From positions 35,404,001 through 35,468,000 of the forward strand of contig NC_045697.1 in the NCBI RefSeq assembly GCF_009834535.1: DNA of 64,000 nt, written 5' to 3'. Both the position numbers and the translations under genes were made by a program. The notes beneath the pieces are model-generated. The model was given only the letters and a program-made list of their open reading frames with translations. It did no database searches and was not told where the DNA came from. The stretch comes from Camelus ferus. Its lineage: Eukaryota. This document shows, piece after piece, positions 38,350 through 51,885 of the stretch. The stretch's first letter is position 1. Each line of letters starts with the position of its first letter.

Positions 38350-39190
38350 CCATCCCTCTGCTTGAGTTTGCTCATGTGTAAAATCGGGGACGTAGGCAAC
38401 ACCTCCACCATAGGGTGGGTGTGAGGATCCAGTGAGCACTGAGGTTCAGCCCGAGCTCACACCCCCAGCGTGGCGTCAGAGCCCAGCACCTACCTACGTG
38501 CACCTGAGCGCTCATCAAGCGGATGTCTCTTCTTCACAAAACTCCTGAGAGGTAGATATCCCAGATGATGTAGAGGTAGATTCTTCAAATGATGAACTGG
38601 AGACCCAGAATAAGTCAGTGCCTGATGGAGGCCTGTAGTAAGGTGAAGAGCTGGAACTCGTTCACTGGGGGCAGATCACCCACCCCAGCACCCAGTGCTC
38701 TCTCATCCCGTGGCTCACTGAGGGCCCAGCGTCTTGCACCAGGGACCAGTGGAAGTAGGAGAGACATGCGGTCCAGAATTCACCACTTAACACTTCTGAG
38801 ACCTTGGAGAGCCTCAGCCTTAGTTTTCCCGTCTGTCAGTAGAGATAATTATCTCTGCCCTGCCTGTCATTCAGGGTGGTTGTGGGAAGCAACTGACATA
38901 CTATCTCTGATAGCACTTGTGCCAAGATGGGATGTTTTAATTATCTTATAATTGTTTTGTAATTTATAACAATTTAGGACAGTGAGACTGTCTGGGTTTG
39001 AACTCCAGTTTTTCCACTTTACTGACCTTTCTCTGCCTCCGTTTTCTTATCTGCACAGCCAGTAGTGATTATTCTTCTTTCATAAGCTTGTTATGAGGTT
39101 AAGTGAGTTCATACATGTAAGTGTGTTAAGAACAGGGCATGGCTCATGGTAAGGTCTCAGTAAGTGTTCCATGTTGTTATTGTCTGTTGT
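38350..39190 (+). mobile_element. Cluster of MIR fragments
   Basis: Several MIR-core-like stretches near 38350-38450, 38740-38940 and 38975-39190. Confidence 0.55.
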
Positions 39191-39827
39191 TATTACATTT
39201 TAATATCTTCTACCAGATGAAAGTTATGCTTCTGAAAACCCTGACCAGAAGTGGCAGAATTTCCTTCAAGTGGCAGAAACAAAACTAAAAATGATTATGG
39301 TCGTTTTGCTCAAGATCGTGTCAGATTTTTGCCCTAAAAATCGAAATCCTGTTTTTTAAAAGTCAGATATGCCTTGAAGCTTAAGAATGTTGGGACTGAT
39401 GTGTTTGTATGTATTTTAGGTCCAAGGTCACCAGTCAAGCTGGCCTTGCTTAATGAGTTACGGAAACACGATAGCAGCACAATTCCTTTTGAAGGAGCAT
39501 CGACATGTAAAAGAAGCTGGAAGTGTAGATGATTTATATTAGCATTTTTGGAGAGTAAACTGAAGTCATGATAACTGTCATTTCTGGTGTGGGTTTTTTT
39601 TGGGGGGGAATAATAGATTATTTGTGTCATTGCTAGGTTTATTTCTTGACCGTAACATTTTCTCTAAGAGGAACTAAAAGCCACTTTTTCACCTTATAGC
39701 ATTTGTAGATAACATCTAAACTCTTTGCAGTACAAGCCACGGCCGCTTTTCCTTTAGCAGTGATGTCCCGTGGAAGGGTTTCGACGTGGCACTCCTGACT
39801 TTTGTGCTCTTCGACCCTGTTTTGTAG

Positions 39828-39942
39828 GAAGTCTGCGGTCTTGCAGTTCTTCGGACTGCTTTAGTAAAGTGATGCCGCCGAGGAAAAAGAGAAGACCTGC
39901 CTCTGGAGATGACTTATCTGCCAAGAAAAGCAGACACGATAG
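39828..39942 (+). CDS. DCUN1D4: DCUN1D4 exon 4 ([39 protein letters not shown]), contains a basic NLS-like motif
   Basis: ttttgtag acceptor, 115 nt, donor GTACGT; peptide visible in ORF 39770..40066. Confidence 0.96.
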
Positions 39943-41149
39943 GTACGTGGCAGAGACCCTGCATCTGGAATGGTGGCGTGCATGCCTGAGAGGCACCCTT
40001 CTGGCCAGGCCCAAGTGCCAGCTAGAATATTGCTGTGGTCCTGCCAGGCAGACTTTCAAAGTGTAATTCTTTCGTGGTACTTATTTAATGTGTGGGTTTA
40101 TGAAACAAAAACAAATTAGGTCATCTGAGTTCTGATAAATTCAAGTTTTATCGTAGTCCATTGATCCACTAAAACTGGTGTAGAGTTTCTTTCCTTTTAA
40201 GGGCCTGCGGTCTGTGCCTGCTGAGGACCTCAGGATTGCATGTATCTGTTCTTGACAAGGGTCGCACGGGAGTCCCGTAGCTGCCTTGGCAAGGACCGGG
40301 TCCGAGCGGCTGGGGAGAGCTGCCTGTACTGAATGCTCTAAGCCTGCCTGGATTATTAGTCGAGCTGAGGTTTATTCTCAGAAGAGCGAGAATTTGCTTG
40401 AAACCGTGAAAAACAAAACTGTTGAGATCACTTCTTTCAGACAACTGTTAGTTTTGGTAACTCCCTGGGCCTGTTAAACTTTCTTATTTTAGGCATCTTT
40501 ACTGATTCCCCCTGATTTTAATAGCCATTTTTTGGTTCTCTCTTTTCTTTTCTTTCTTTTCCTTCAAACAATGACCAGACAGCATCGTTTTCATCTTTCC
40601 AGCTTTTTCCCATCTTCCTCCTCTCAGCTCAGTAGGTCACTTCACTTCACTAGGAGGCCTGAATTACCACACTGATAAATCGAGGGGGTTGGATGAGATT
40701 TTTCTGCTTCTTTCCTGTTGTGATACTTCATATGCTACAGCTCTCGCAGGGATAGAGAGGGGGACTCTGAAATGTGAAAGTCATGTCACTGTTCATATTT
40801 CCATTGAGCGGGAAATAGTACCTGAAAGAAGATAGCAGTGATTAAAAGATAATCACCAACAATGTTTAGACTAGTGATTCAGCTTTATGAAGCCAAGTTC
40901 CTTGACACTTTGGTTTGTAGATGTGATTATCAGGGAATTGTTAAATTCTAACAGTCACATAGCATGACTGTATAGAGCACTTACTGTTTTTTCACCACAG
41001 CCTAGCATCATTTAGCATGATAAAAGCCAGTCTGAAACCTGGTAGCTGAACTGCAGAAGGGCATGAGGTACTCCTACTGAGAGCATTTTAGTGGTCATCC
41101 AAGGGATGGGGAGCTTAGCATTATCTGAGTTTTATTCTCGGTCTTTTTA

Positions 41150-41480
41150 AAAAAACAACTTTATTTACATACCACAGTGTGCACAACCTTAAGTGTACAA
41201 TTCAGTGATTTTTTACTAAGTTGTTAGAGTTGTGCAGCCGTCACTGCAAATCAGCCCAGTGTGAAACCCTGATGACCATATACATTTACTCCCTGTTCTT
41301 ACTCCCAGCCCCAGGCAACTATGAATTTACTTTCTGTCTGTGGATTTCTCTTTTCTGGGCATTTCACATAAATGGTCTTTTTGTGCCTCTTTTATTTCAC
41401 TTAGCATCCTTTTATTGAGGTTCATCCATGTATGTAAAAGTATGTGTTAGTGTTTTGTTTCTTTTATTTGCTGAATATTA
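41150..41480 (-). mobile_element. Old L1M 3' end
   Basis: caactttatt..ttaagtgtacaattcagtgatttt..cccagccccaggcaactatgaatttactttctgtc..catttcacataaatgg. Confidence 0.75.
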
Positions 41481-42727
41481 TTTCCTTATCCTTTTTTATG
41501 TAGAGAATTTTTAAGTAATTCAAACATTACAGTGTCATATATAGGTCTCCAGGTTATTGACCAGTAGTAGACTTTGAGCTGAGATTGGAATGTCCAAGCC
41601 CAGGATTTGAACATATCTGTATGAGCCCTGGCCAGTATCCACCTTTGTTTCCAGGTGGTATGGCTACTTTTTTATAAAAGAAATACAAAACTGATGGTTT
41701 GCAGTTTCAGTATCTTAATACCCTATAACCATTTTTTTAAAGCTCCAAATCTCTAATCAGCTATATATAGATATTCTGGTGAATGTCTAGGTCATGAATA
41801 AGTGCTCATTTAAGAATAATTCTGTATTATTTTCTATGCTATGTAAATAAAAACCACATTTATAAATGTTTATATATATAACTATTTAGACCATTTGTAT
41901 ATAAATAAAGGATAAAAGAAGTATATACACATAATTTACTCTATCAAAATCATGGTTTTAAAGATACTGCCTCTTCTCCCCTCCTCAAGTAGGGAGTGTC
42001 TTGGTTCTCAGCCCCATGTCATCATGAGGTAAGGAGTCCCTGCGGAGGGTCCTTGCGTTGCAGGAGGAGGCCGCTGTGCTTGCTGCTTCATTTCTCCACA
42101 CTATGCAGCATTTCCACAGTCCTAGGGTGTAATGAGAAGAGGGCAGAAGCCAGGGTTTCTCTGTATTTCTTTTCCCTGAGGTTTTGTTCCTGAAGGCTTG
42201 GACATAATTTGATGTTTTTTTTAATTTGCTATAACGTTCCCTGGAGATGTCTAATATTGCCAGGTTCATCCTTAAACTGTGCTCTGTGCCCAGGCTGACC
42301 CGTATGACACAGGAGTCTGGAGAACTTAATGCAGAGGCATGAGTGAGGTCTAGGGTCATCAGTGGAAGAAAGCACCATAGACATTTCTTGCTGTATCTCA
42401 CAATTGTTCTCTAGCTAGTTCTGGCTAGAGAGGTAGAAGGGAGTATATCAGATACTTGTTCTGTTCAGTTCTTACTAATTATTTGTTCGTCAAAGAAAAA
42501 CCTGTATTAAGTGCTTACCATTTAATTCTATATTGGGTATGACTGTGTTTAAAGCTACAGTTATAAAAGCTGAAGCTTCCAAATGAAAGAAGTGAAATAT
42601 TGTAAATATACATGAAATACCGATTGAATAGATGTCTGTTTAGGTAAAAGAATAAAAACTATTTGCTATTTAAAAAAACTCGGTATCTTTACTTTAAATA
42701 ACTTAAAACTCCTTTCTCAATTTCTAG

Positions 42728-42819
42728 CATGTATAGAAAATATGATTCAACTAGAATAAAGACTGAAGAAGAAGCCTTTTCAAGTAAGAGGTGCTTAGAA
42801 TGGTTCTATGAATATGCAG
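42728..42819 (+). CDS. DCUN1D4: DCUN1D4 exon 5 ([32 protein letters not shown])
   Basis: tttctag acceptor, 92 nt, donor GTAGGT; frame continuous; start of the DCUN1/PONY domain region. Confidence 0.96.
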
Positions 42820-42904
42820 GTAGGTAATCATTTACATCCTCTAAGATTGAGCTTCATAAAAAGAAGGAGATTAAAGAATAAAAAATGAGTACTTTTCGAA
42901 TTCA

Positions 42905-42952
<48 letters not shown>
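42905..42952 (+). repeat. (TG)n microsatellite, interrupted once
   Basis: About 48 bp of GT repeats roughly 85 nt downstream of the exon 5 donor. Confidence 0.95.
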
Positions 42953-42954
<2 letters not shown>

Positions 42955-45900
42955 CTGCCTGTGCCTGTTTTTGGGAGAGAACACAGTTGAAACAAATCAC
43001 CAAATATCCTATTTATAGCCAGTAGCTAAGCCAAAGAATTCAGAACACTAGAAGGGAACTGAAAAGACGAAATGTACTTGGGAGAAATACTTTGGATTGC
43101 TAGGAAACCTATTGAGCATGCTGGTAAAGGGTGATTATTTGGTTTACACATCAAAGTTAAAATGAGCTTTGCTGCTTTGAACCTTTGTGCAGCACAGTGG
43201 AATTTCTTATATTAAGTGTCTCTGTTTTGAAAGATCATTTGGCAGACAGTGTTTGTTTTGTCATTTAAAATGTCTTAAATCTGATCCCATTTTTGCAACT
43301 TACTATAATTGGTTGGATAATGTAATACTGAAATAAAGGATTTGTTTTTGTGGCTGTGTATGGTGTAAAAAGGGGGAAAGAAAAATTTTCAGACAAGTTT
43401 GAGCTGAGGGCTCTTTTACCTTTCCTCCTCCCCACCGTGTTTCCGGCTCTGTCATAACCTGTCATCTTGACTGTTCCATCTCTACTCCCAGCCAGGATCT
43501 ATTTGCTTCCTATTGTCTTGTTTAAAAAATAATAAACTGAACAGATCATGCATGTCATTCTCTAACAGTCCACTGCACCCTTGCCCCCCACTTAAAAATT
43601 CCTGCTACCTGTAGGATGAAAGACAGCTAACATACTGCTGTCCCTTTGCCTCGAGTGTTTGTCTCCACTTTTCCATCTGACAAATTGCTATACATCTTTT
43701 ACCTTAATTAGCTTAATAGCCTTCCTTTTACTTATACAGGAAAGATATTATTCATACCTGGTTTTGCTGGGTATCAAAACGAGGATTACTCCTAGGGCCA
43801 GTGTTTTCCTCTATCCCTACCCTACCCTTTTTTTGATAAAAGTCTTGCCCCTTTGGTCACAGAGCTGTTCCAGGGGCTGGTGGGTAATCCAGGTAGGGAC
43901 AATCAGATACAATTGTCTGTGGTTTTCAGGTTGAAGCTGGGAGAGGAGCATCTTTCTCCTCTGGTGGTAGGCTTGAAAGGATGTGATCCTGAGTCCTGTA
44001 GTTCTTTGGATTTTTGTGAGCCATCCCAGTGTCTTTCTAGTGAATTCTCTTTCATTACTTGAACTAGTTTGAGCTGGATTTTGTTGGCAGGTCATGACAA
44101 CATAGTACAAACGCTTATATAGTATTAGAATTTATTGTTTTCATGTTTAGGTCCTGAGAACATGAATCTCTTGAAGGCTTTGGTATTCCCAGTGAATGTG
44201 GTCGGCATGTTGCCAGGTTCTCAGTGCTTGGGGGCTTAATGAATGGAGAGTTTCCTTGTATTCGTGTCACTTTGACTATGAAGATCTCTTGCTTTCTTAC
44301 ATTGGTCCACATTTATTGTTATGTAATGTATTATAAAAAGGAAAGTTTAAACAGAGAAAAAGTGTACTTAATCCCACTACCATAGCACAGCTATTTTGAC
44401 TTTTATGTGTGTCTTCCTTTATAAGCAAATATAAAATTTTCCATAGTAAAAGCCACACTTCTGTTTCCTTTGAAAAGGAAGCAGGCTACAGTTTTCCTTC
44501 TTGTTTGCTTTTCTCTAGCTCAGAAAGGTGACATTTAGGACAAAGATTAAGCCACATTCTTTAGGCTCCTTGAGGTCCCTGCGAGGTGGTTCCTTGTGGT
44601 TTCATCACTGCAAGAAGTTTCTGTGGGTGTGACTATCCATATTTTTATTAACCACCCACCCTTTTTTTGCTTCTTTTCTTTATATCTTACTGGTAGGGAA
44701 AATGGCTTGAAATTGGGAATTAAAAGCCCCAACTAGCACCTGCTTTCATTTTTAATATCCCAACCACATGAATAAACACTGTAGATCAGTATTATTCAAG
44801 AAAAACGAATGGTGAGATGTTCCAGGAAGGCAGACAGGTTGTGCTCTGGGCGAGCGTGTGGTAGCAGGCGATGAGGCCACGGCCCCCGATGCTCGGGCGA
44901 GGGGCCTGTCCCACTGTGCTGTTTGCACGCTCCCTCGGAGAGAGCCACCTGGCTTTGGCTGACTCCCTGCAGTGCACCTGGAGTGGAGTGGAGGGTGGGA
45001 GGGGCCTCGGTGGTGTCGTTGTTCTACATGGGCGGACCTTAGTTCTTCCCAGAGTTCTCAGTTCCACCCCTCACCTCACCCTCTGCCCTCTGCGGCTCCT
45101 GCAGCCTGAGCCCAGCTCCTCCCAGCTCCTGCCTGGCCAGTTAGCCCCATGCATTCTATGACGCAGCCTCTCACCTTTTTAAATCCCTCTCAACTCAATT
45201 TCTAATTATCAGAAATTTAATACATGCTCCACTGGGGCTCTGGTCCTGTTCTCTGTGGTTGTAGGTTTACTCTCTTTTGTACTTTGGTTCTCTGTGACTT
45301 TAGAAAGGATTGGCAGGGGGAGTGTGTTTAGACCTTCATCTGAAAGTGGAATCCAGTTTCTTTCCATTGTATAAAAAGTTTTACGTAAATGATCTAACAA
45401 ATTCTTTCCAAAATATATCTAGGAATAAGAGGTTAGGCCAAATATACAAGTGCCAACATTGATTTCAGAGCCACACTAAAGTTCACACATGTTGGTTGTA
45501 AAAGTTCTGCGAGTCCTGACTGTGGGCTTTTCCTCTCTACTTTGGATAGGTTCTACAGCAGAAGTGTTCACTGAAATGAGATTAGGGACCAGGAGCAGGT
45601 GCTCAGTGGCAAAGTGGTCTGTCAGTGAAGGAGACGGCATGGCCTGTTTGCTTCAGTGGTGCACCATGGTGTAATTATGGAAACTACCATGAGAGTCTTG
45701 GGCCATCACAAAAAGCTTAAATATATTTAGTGAGGGGCCCCTGCTTGAAATGTCAGTGGGAGTGGGAGGATCACTTTTTTTTGAGATTATTTTTGGTGCA
45801 TCCACTTTCCAAATGTACCTCCAGTATCTTGTCACCAGGGCATTCTATAGCTTATTATTTCAGATATAACTTTTTTAAACCATCTCCCTCAAACCTCACT

Positions 45901-47159
45901 TTTAATCCACTTTGTGTTAGCCAGTGGCATATTTATTAGATTAAGATTGCTCAATTCTGCAGGTGAATTGATAAATCTAGTGTAAACACATCCATAATCT
46001 CAGTGAACAGCGTGATTACGACTAGATCTAAATGCGTGCGCAGGAAAGATAGTGAGAACAAAGGGAACGGTGTGGTAGATGGCAGGGTTACGGGCAGCCT
46101 TTAAGTGATGTTGACTGATGAGCTGTATTAACATATTTAGGGTAAAATGTTAAAGTAGCATGAGTCATGCCATTGCAGATCACCCTGTTAAAGCCTTGTT
46201 CTTTTAAAACACACAGATGCAAGTGTATATAAGTAGTATGACAATGGCATTGCATAAAAGGTGGGAAGAAGAACAAAAGGGGTAACTTGACATCACTACT
46301 GCCCAGCACACCTCAGCAGACCTTTGCGGGCTCGCTACGTGCCAGACTGTGGGGTGTGGATGACGGAAGCGCCGTGCTTGGAGCTCATTTTCTAGTGTGG
46401 CAGGCAGCCAGGCAGACAGACAGACCGACCAATGGAGGAACGTCGTCCTTGCAATGAGCATTCACCCGGAGAGGAGGCCGGGTTGCTCAGAGACCCTCAG
46501 GCCTTGTGCACAGCCAGCAGGTAGGGCAGGTGGCTTGCTAGACTCAAGAATAGTTTGCAGTGAAGATGAAGAATAGAAACCAAAGACAGGATTATGAAGT
46601 ACCTTTTTTTTCCTCCGCTCTATGCAACCACGTCCCAAGAAGTCCCATCAGTAGATACCAGAGAGGCACCTGTTCCTAAAAACAGAACTTCCTAGCAAAA
46701 TAGGAATAGATGAATACTCTCATCTGAGGATAATGATTCTTTAATCTCACTGAGTACTTTATAGGAGTGGATTGAGGAGAAGAACTATGAAACGTGGATA
46801 CACATGGTCACCTACAGTGCAGTGATGCAAAGTGTGTCAGCCAGGTGTTCTCACAAGAGGGTTATCAGGCATGTAGTGGACAGAGCAGGGTGAAGATTTG
46901 ATAGGTACAGCACGAACCCACGTATGCAGATAGACAAATCCAGAACTGCATTTCATTGTGTATTTGCACATACATAAATACATAGCAGAAAGGTCTGGGG
47001 GGCTACATGCCTAAACGGTGAGGAAGGGGAGAAGTCAGTCTCTCTGTTTACTCCACTTTACTTGGACTTCTCTGTTTGAACATTTCACCATGTGAATGTA
47101 TGCATGTATGGTTTGTGTAATTTACACGAGTGTGCACTTGTGGGCGTGCATACTCTCAG

Positions 47160-47400
47160 CCCCAAACAGTGAAGTGCTAACTATTCCCATTTGAGTCAAG
47201 AATGAGATAAGGATGCCACTCTCACTTTCTTATTTGCCATTGTTTTGGAAGTTATTAACTAGTGCTGCTAGATGAGAGAAAGAAAGAAGGGGCATAAATA
47301 TAGGAAAGGAGGTGGCAAAAATGATCATTGTTGAAGATGAGATGATTGAATTATTGTACCTGGAAGGTCAAAGAAAATTGCGTGAAAAACGTAGAAACTA
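47160..47400 (+). mobile_element. Old L1 ORF2 fragment
   Basis: agtcaagaatgagataaggatgccactctcacttt..aagatgagatgattg..tacctggaa resembles the L1 RT region. Confidence 0.6.
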
Positions 47401-48179
47401 GTATCTATTTCATGCATGTAGAATTCTGTAAAACGCCTTATTTGGGGAAGGGTTCTTCAGGAAACTCTTTCATAAATAGTTGTCTCTGGGGAGTAGGGAG
47501 AGGTTAGAGGGGAAACCTTTGCTTTTTTAAACATTTTGATTTTTAATTTTACTTTTAAGTGAAATTTTGTGTGATGTTCATGGATTAATGTTGCCCCAAA
47601 AAGCCAAGTTAAAAATTAAATGTGCTTTTTTATTTGATTTTCCCGTAATAATCAAGGAAAGGAAATTAAGAATATGTAGAAAAACATGTCAAATAAAAGG
47701 AGGAAAAAGAAAGTACTGGAAAAAAGTAACAGATTTGGATATGTCAAACAAAATTTTTTTTAACAAAGTAGCCCATTTGTGATTAAAGGAAAATAGCACA
47801 TGCAGAAAAAGTATTTGCTCTGGCCAGATTAAGAGGAAGAGCTGAGTTTTGACTTTAGGGGGAGCTAAAATTGGAAGCAGAGGCGTGACACAAGTCTTAA
47901 CCTGCACCCAAGGTGATTTTAATATTCATCCTTCCTTGAGAACAACCGTTTATACTTCTATTTTGATTGAGTTATTACTTTGTATAGAAATTACTCTTAA
48001 GCTTTCCTGGAAGTCAGGGATCGTGTATCATTCCTCTTTCGCCACTTTGACAGGGCGTAGTTCCAGCGTGTGCCCAGCACATATTATCTGAATGAAACTA
48101 AGACGTTTTAAGATAGTGGGTCCTGCTGGACTTGGCGACTGACTAGATCTAGATGCTGTGGAGGACTGTAGAGTGATTC

Positions 48180-49580
48180 TGGTATTCATTCATTCATTCA
48201 GTGAACTTTATTGAGCAACTACTTTGTGCCAGGTGGTATGCTTACACTATAAGCTATAGAACAAATAGCCCTTAATCTTGAAGAACTTAGAAGGAAAGAC
48301 AGGTGAGCTGGGACTTAAAGCAAATGCAAGAAAAGCACTCCTAGTGTTCCAGGGGGTCAGGAGAACTGCCTGGCCCAGCCTCTGCTGGAGGGGGTGGGAA
48401 ATAGCGAGGACTGCCTGTCTGGTTCCAGTCTTAAAGGTGGAAGGAGCTTGCATAGGAAGGTGGGGGTCACGTGGCTGAGGCCACAGAGAGTAGTCTGGTG
48501 TTGGGTGTGTGTCAGGATGTGTGTGCAAGCAAACCATGGGTAGGTGTTTCTGGATCTTCATTTTTCATTTAGCAATATTTATTTGATTCATTTATTTCCC
48601 AGAAACTAGTTTAAAGGGGAAAGCCCTCAGGCTGATGAGGAATGGAGGCAGTACATCATCGAGAACCTTATTTGATATGCCGGAGACTTTGGACTTTATC
48701 CATAGGTGGTAGGGAGCATCGAAGGATTTTAAGCCAGGATGGGGTTTGTGTTTGAGATTGCCTTTCTAGGTGAGTGTGTGCAGGATGGGTCAGAGGGGGG
48801 TGGAGCTCTGGAATTAGGGTCATCCTGAGGAGACTGCTGGGGTCATCTGAGGGAGAGAATGATGTCTGGACAGGTCAGGGCCCGACAGGTGCAGTTAAGA
48901 AATATTTGGGAAGTAAAATTGGTGGCACACTGGATAATTGATTGACTCTGCAGAATGTAGGAGAAAGGAGGACTCCAGGATGACTCCCGGGTCTCTATTT
49001 CTGGTGGTGCCCCCAGCTGAGACAAGACAGGAGGATAATCTCGCAGGTTTCGCGAGGAGAGATGATCAGCTCAGTGCGGTGGTGGTTGCAAATGTGAAAT
49101 GCAGGAGAAGCAGATTTGGGGCAGAAGGTGCGTTTAGTTGTGACAGTTAAACAGGAGGTGGGAAGCCAGACGGCGATGTAGTAGACAGTCCAGAAGTAAG
49201 AGGGGGAGAGATCTGAAACCTCGGGTGCAGGGGGGGTTTCCTACTAGAGTGGGCCAGAAGAGTTTTCCGCACGGAACTCTGCACGTCAGGTTCAATATGT
49301 TGAAGAAGCAAAGAGAAGCCAGAAGAGGAGAGAGACAGGGCCCTTCCAGAGTCGTGGGAGGGGACAGTTGTGTGAAGAAAGAACTGCTTCACAATTTTCG
49401 GATATCACAGAGAAGTCAAATAAAACGAAGATTGACTGTCCACTAGATTTGGCGATTAGGAGCTTACCAGTGACCTAGGCAGGAAGAGATTCATAGAGAG
49501 ATAGGAGCAAACCCAGACCGCAGGGTTGGAGAGTGAACAGAGCTACGGTAGAGATGGGACGTGTGGGCAGTTCTTTCAGG
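48180..49580 (-). mobile_element. L2 fossil
   Basis: attcattcattcattca..tattgagcaactactttgtgccagg tail; gactttggactttatcc..gaaggattttaagc; cactagatttggcgattaggag. Confidence 0.7.
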
Positions 49581-50098
49581 AAGAAGCAGAGCTAACAGAG
49601 TGGGGAGAAAGGGTTTATTTTCTTCTCCAGAACAGAAAGACTGCTGGCTTTTTTTTTTTTCCTGTGTAAAAGAAACAACTGCTATTTCCCAATTAATTTT
49701 ATAAAGAATATTAGGTGGTTCTTTGCTGTGTTTCCAAAAATTATTGTATGTATTGAAATAAGAATAGAGATTTAACCTACATTAAAGAACAGGAACTGAA
49801 TTCATGTAACTGTATCTTTAGATATAAATTATATGTACATATATCCATAGGTTGAGGGACTGGGCGAATTGAATTGACTTGAATGATTGTGCAGAGCAGA
49901 GTCCTTTAAAGATAGAGCTGAAATTCCAGAATATTTTTCAAATTGGTGATTTCTTTCTTCAGAGAAGATTTATGGTCTTTAAGCATTATTTGATCTGACT
50001 TGACTTTAATAGTAAATATTTGGACAGTATACTACTACTACAATAGTAATAGTGTACGTGGTTAGATTTAATTTATATGAGATTGCATTTCATCACAG

Positions 50099-50169
50099 GT
50101 ACTGATGATGTTGTAGGTCCTGAAGGCATGGAGAAATTTTGTGAAGACATTGGTGTCGAACCAGAAAAT
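50099..50169 (+). CDS. DCUN1D4: DCUN1D4 exon 6 ([24 protein letters not shown])
   Basis: catcacag acceptor, 71 nt, donor [20 protein letters not shown] is a DCN1-family motif. Confidence 0.96.
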
Positions 50170-51699
50170 GTAAGTCTAACTTACCAAGTTGGGCAATCAG
50201 TTGATCTGATTTTGTCCCTCAGCAAATAAAGCAACAATAAAGAAGTAACGATGTGTTAGTTTTTATGAGGCAATCTAAGAAGTAAGTTCCAATTCTAACT
50301 TGATTTGCAAGCAGAATTTTTTGTTGCAGTTGATATGGTGTAACTACAGTCGGTCATTTTTCCCTCTCATTTAATTTCTTGTCTCTAAAAGGTTTAGTAA
50401 TAAAGTAATTAAACTAGATGTTTAAAACGCAGTATGGGCATGTGTACCTACAGTGACAGATCAGCGGGGGTACCAACGGTGTTGTATATCTTTGTCCCCC
50501 TCTGTAGTTGTTCCAGCCTCATGTAGAGTTTGTACAGGACTTTGAATAAATTATTCATTCATAAGGGTTTTGAGTAGGTTGTAATTATCAAGAATTTCTC
50601 ACAGCTCTTTTACTTCCAATTGAATTTAGCTCAGAAAGTGATTGCTTTTTTAAAAGCCCTAAGTATTTCCTTTAAAAAATTTAATTAGAAGTTTTTTATA
50701 TGCTTCATTATTTTTGCCTAATTCTTATCATCATGTTGTTGTTGAATTTTTTTCCTATTCCCACATCTTCTCTCTTACTCTAAAATGAAAAATTAGACAA
50801 ATGCCCTGACTCGTAACTATGCAGTTTATTTTACATCAGCCTCCAATTTAACAAATGTGTCTTAGATCCTAAATGAATTTGTGATCCGGAAGAGATCTCA
50901 AGGGATCATCCCTTTGTTCACACTGTTGGCAGGGTATCTGGGGCCTATGCATATACGTCACGCTCTTCTTTGAGACCTCACACTTTTTTCTTAAAAAATT
51001 TCTTGTTACCATTTCTATGCTTCCGTCCTCCCCCGCTTGCCCCCAGTAACACTTTAAACTTTCTAAAGAGCCTTTGGACCGTCTTTAATTTACTACATGG
51101 ATTTTTGTCTTGTATTTTTAATTTTAATGTGATCTAGTTCAGGTATCTTGATAAATTATTCAGTTTGGTTTGCAAAGGTTTAGGGACAACTGGGTCAGTA
51201 GTGTTTTGGTTGATCTGGTCCATAGACTAGTCCTCGACAGACAAGAACATGTCGCTGACTTTCAGAAGGAAGTGTTCAGACGGAGGCCTGGCCAAAGTCG
51301 GCAGTGTCTTCCGGACAGGAGTGCAAGAGAGGTGAGGGTGAGCCGGGCCTGAGAGGAGGTCCAGAGGGTCCACCAGGGGACAGTGATCGGCGATGATCAG
51401 AGGGGTGGGCAGCGGGGCCGATGGGAGGAGACTGGGAGAGGGATGCAGGGGGCACTTACTCTCAGGGGCAGATTCTAACCGGGGGGAAAAAGGGAGGCCT
51501 GGCCTTGAAAGTTCCTTACCCCCAGACACCAGTACTCAAAAAAAAAAAAAAAAAAAAAAAAAAGCTGCCGTTATTATCCCTTTTTGGCAGTGGTGAGTCC
51601 TTTAGTGCTGTATTTCTGTAGGAATAGAAATAGTCTTGAAATGTTGAATCATGCTGAAGGCTGAAAGACTGAATTTAGACTATTATTCCAAAGCACTTA

Positions 51700-51885
51700 T
51701 TACTGCACTTCAATTAGAAGATGCCGCTAATAGAAGTTTTATTATTTTATATCATCACTAAAAAGGAAAAATGTTGCTGAATAAATTCTGATAAGCCATC
51801 AATTGTGGATGCATCCCAATTTCAGAAGTTGTTTGAAAAACGAGCGCTGAAGTAGATTTTTAAAGGCTTGTCTGCATTGATGAGT
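51700..51885. mobile_element. Possible MER104/Kanga-type DNA transposon fossil
   Basis: gccatcaattgtggatgcatcccaatttcagaag resembles the remembered consensus. Confidence 0.4.

Noticed and set aside
42408..42431. Small hairpin tctctagctagttctggctagaga
   Set aside because: Short and imperfect; within chance expectation for 64 kb
42820..42829. Tandem donor GTAGGTAA at exon 5 (also an AG 4 nt into exon 7)
   Set aside because: 4-nt shifts would frameshift; common splice-site noise with no further support
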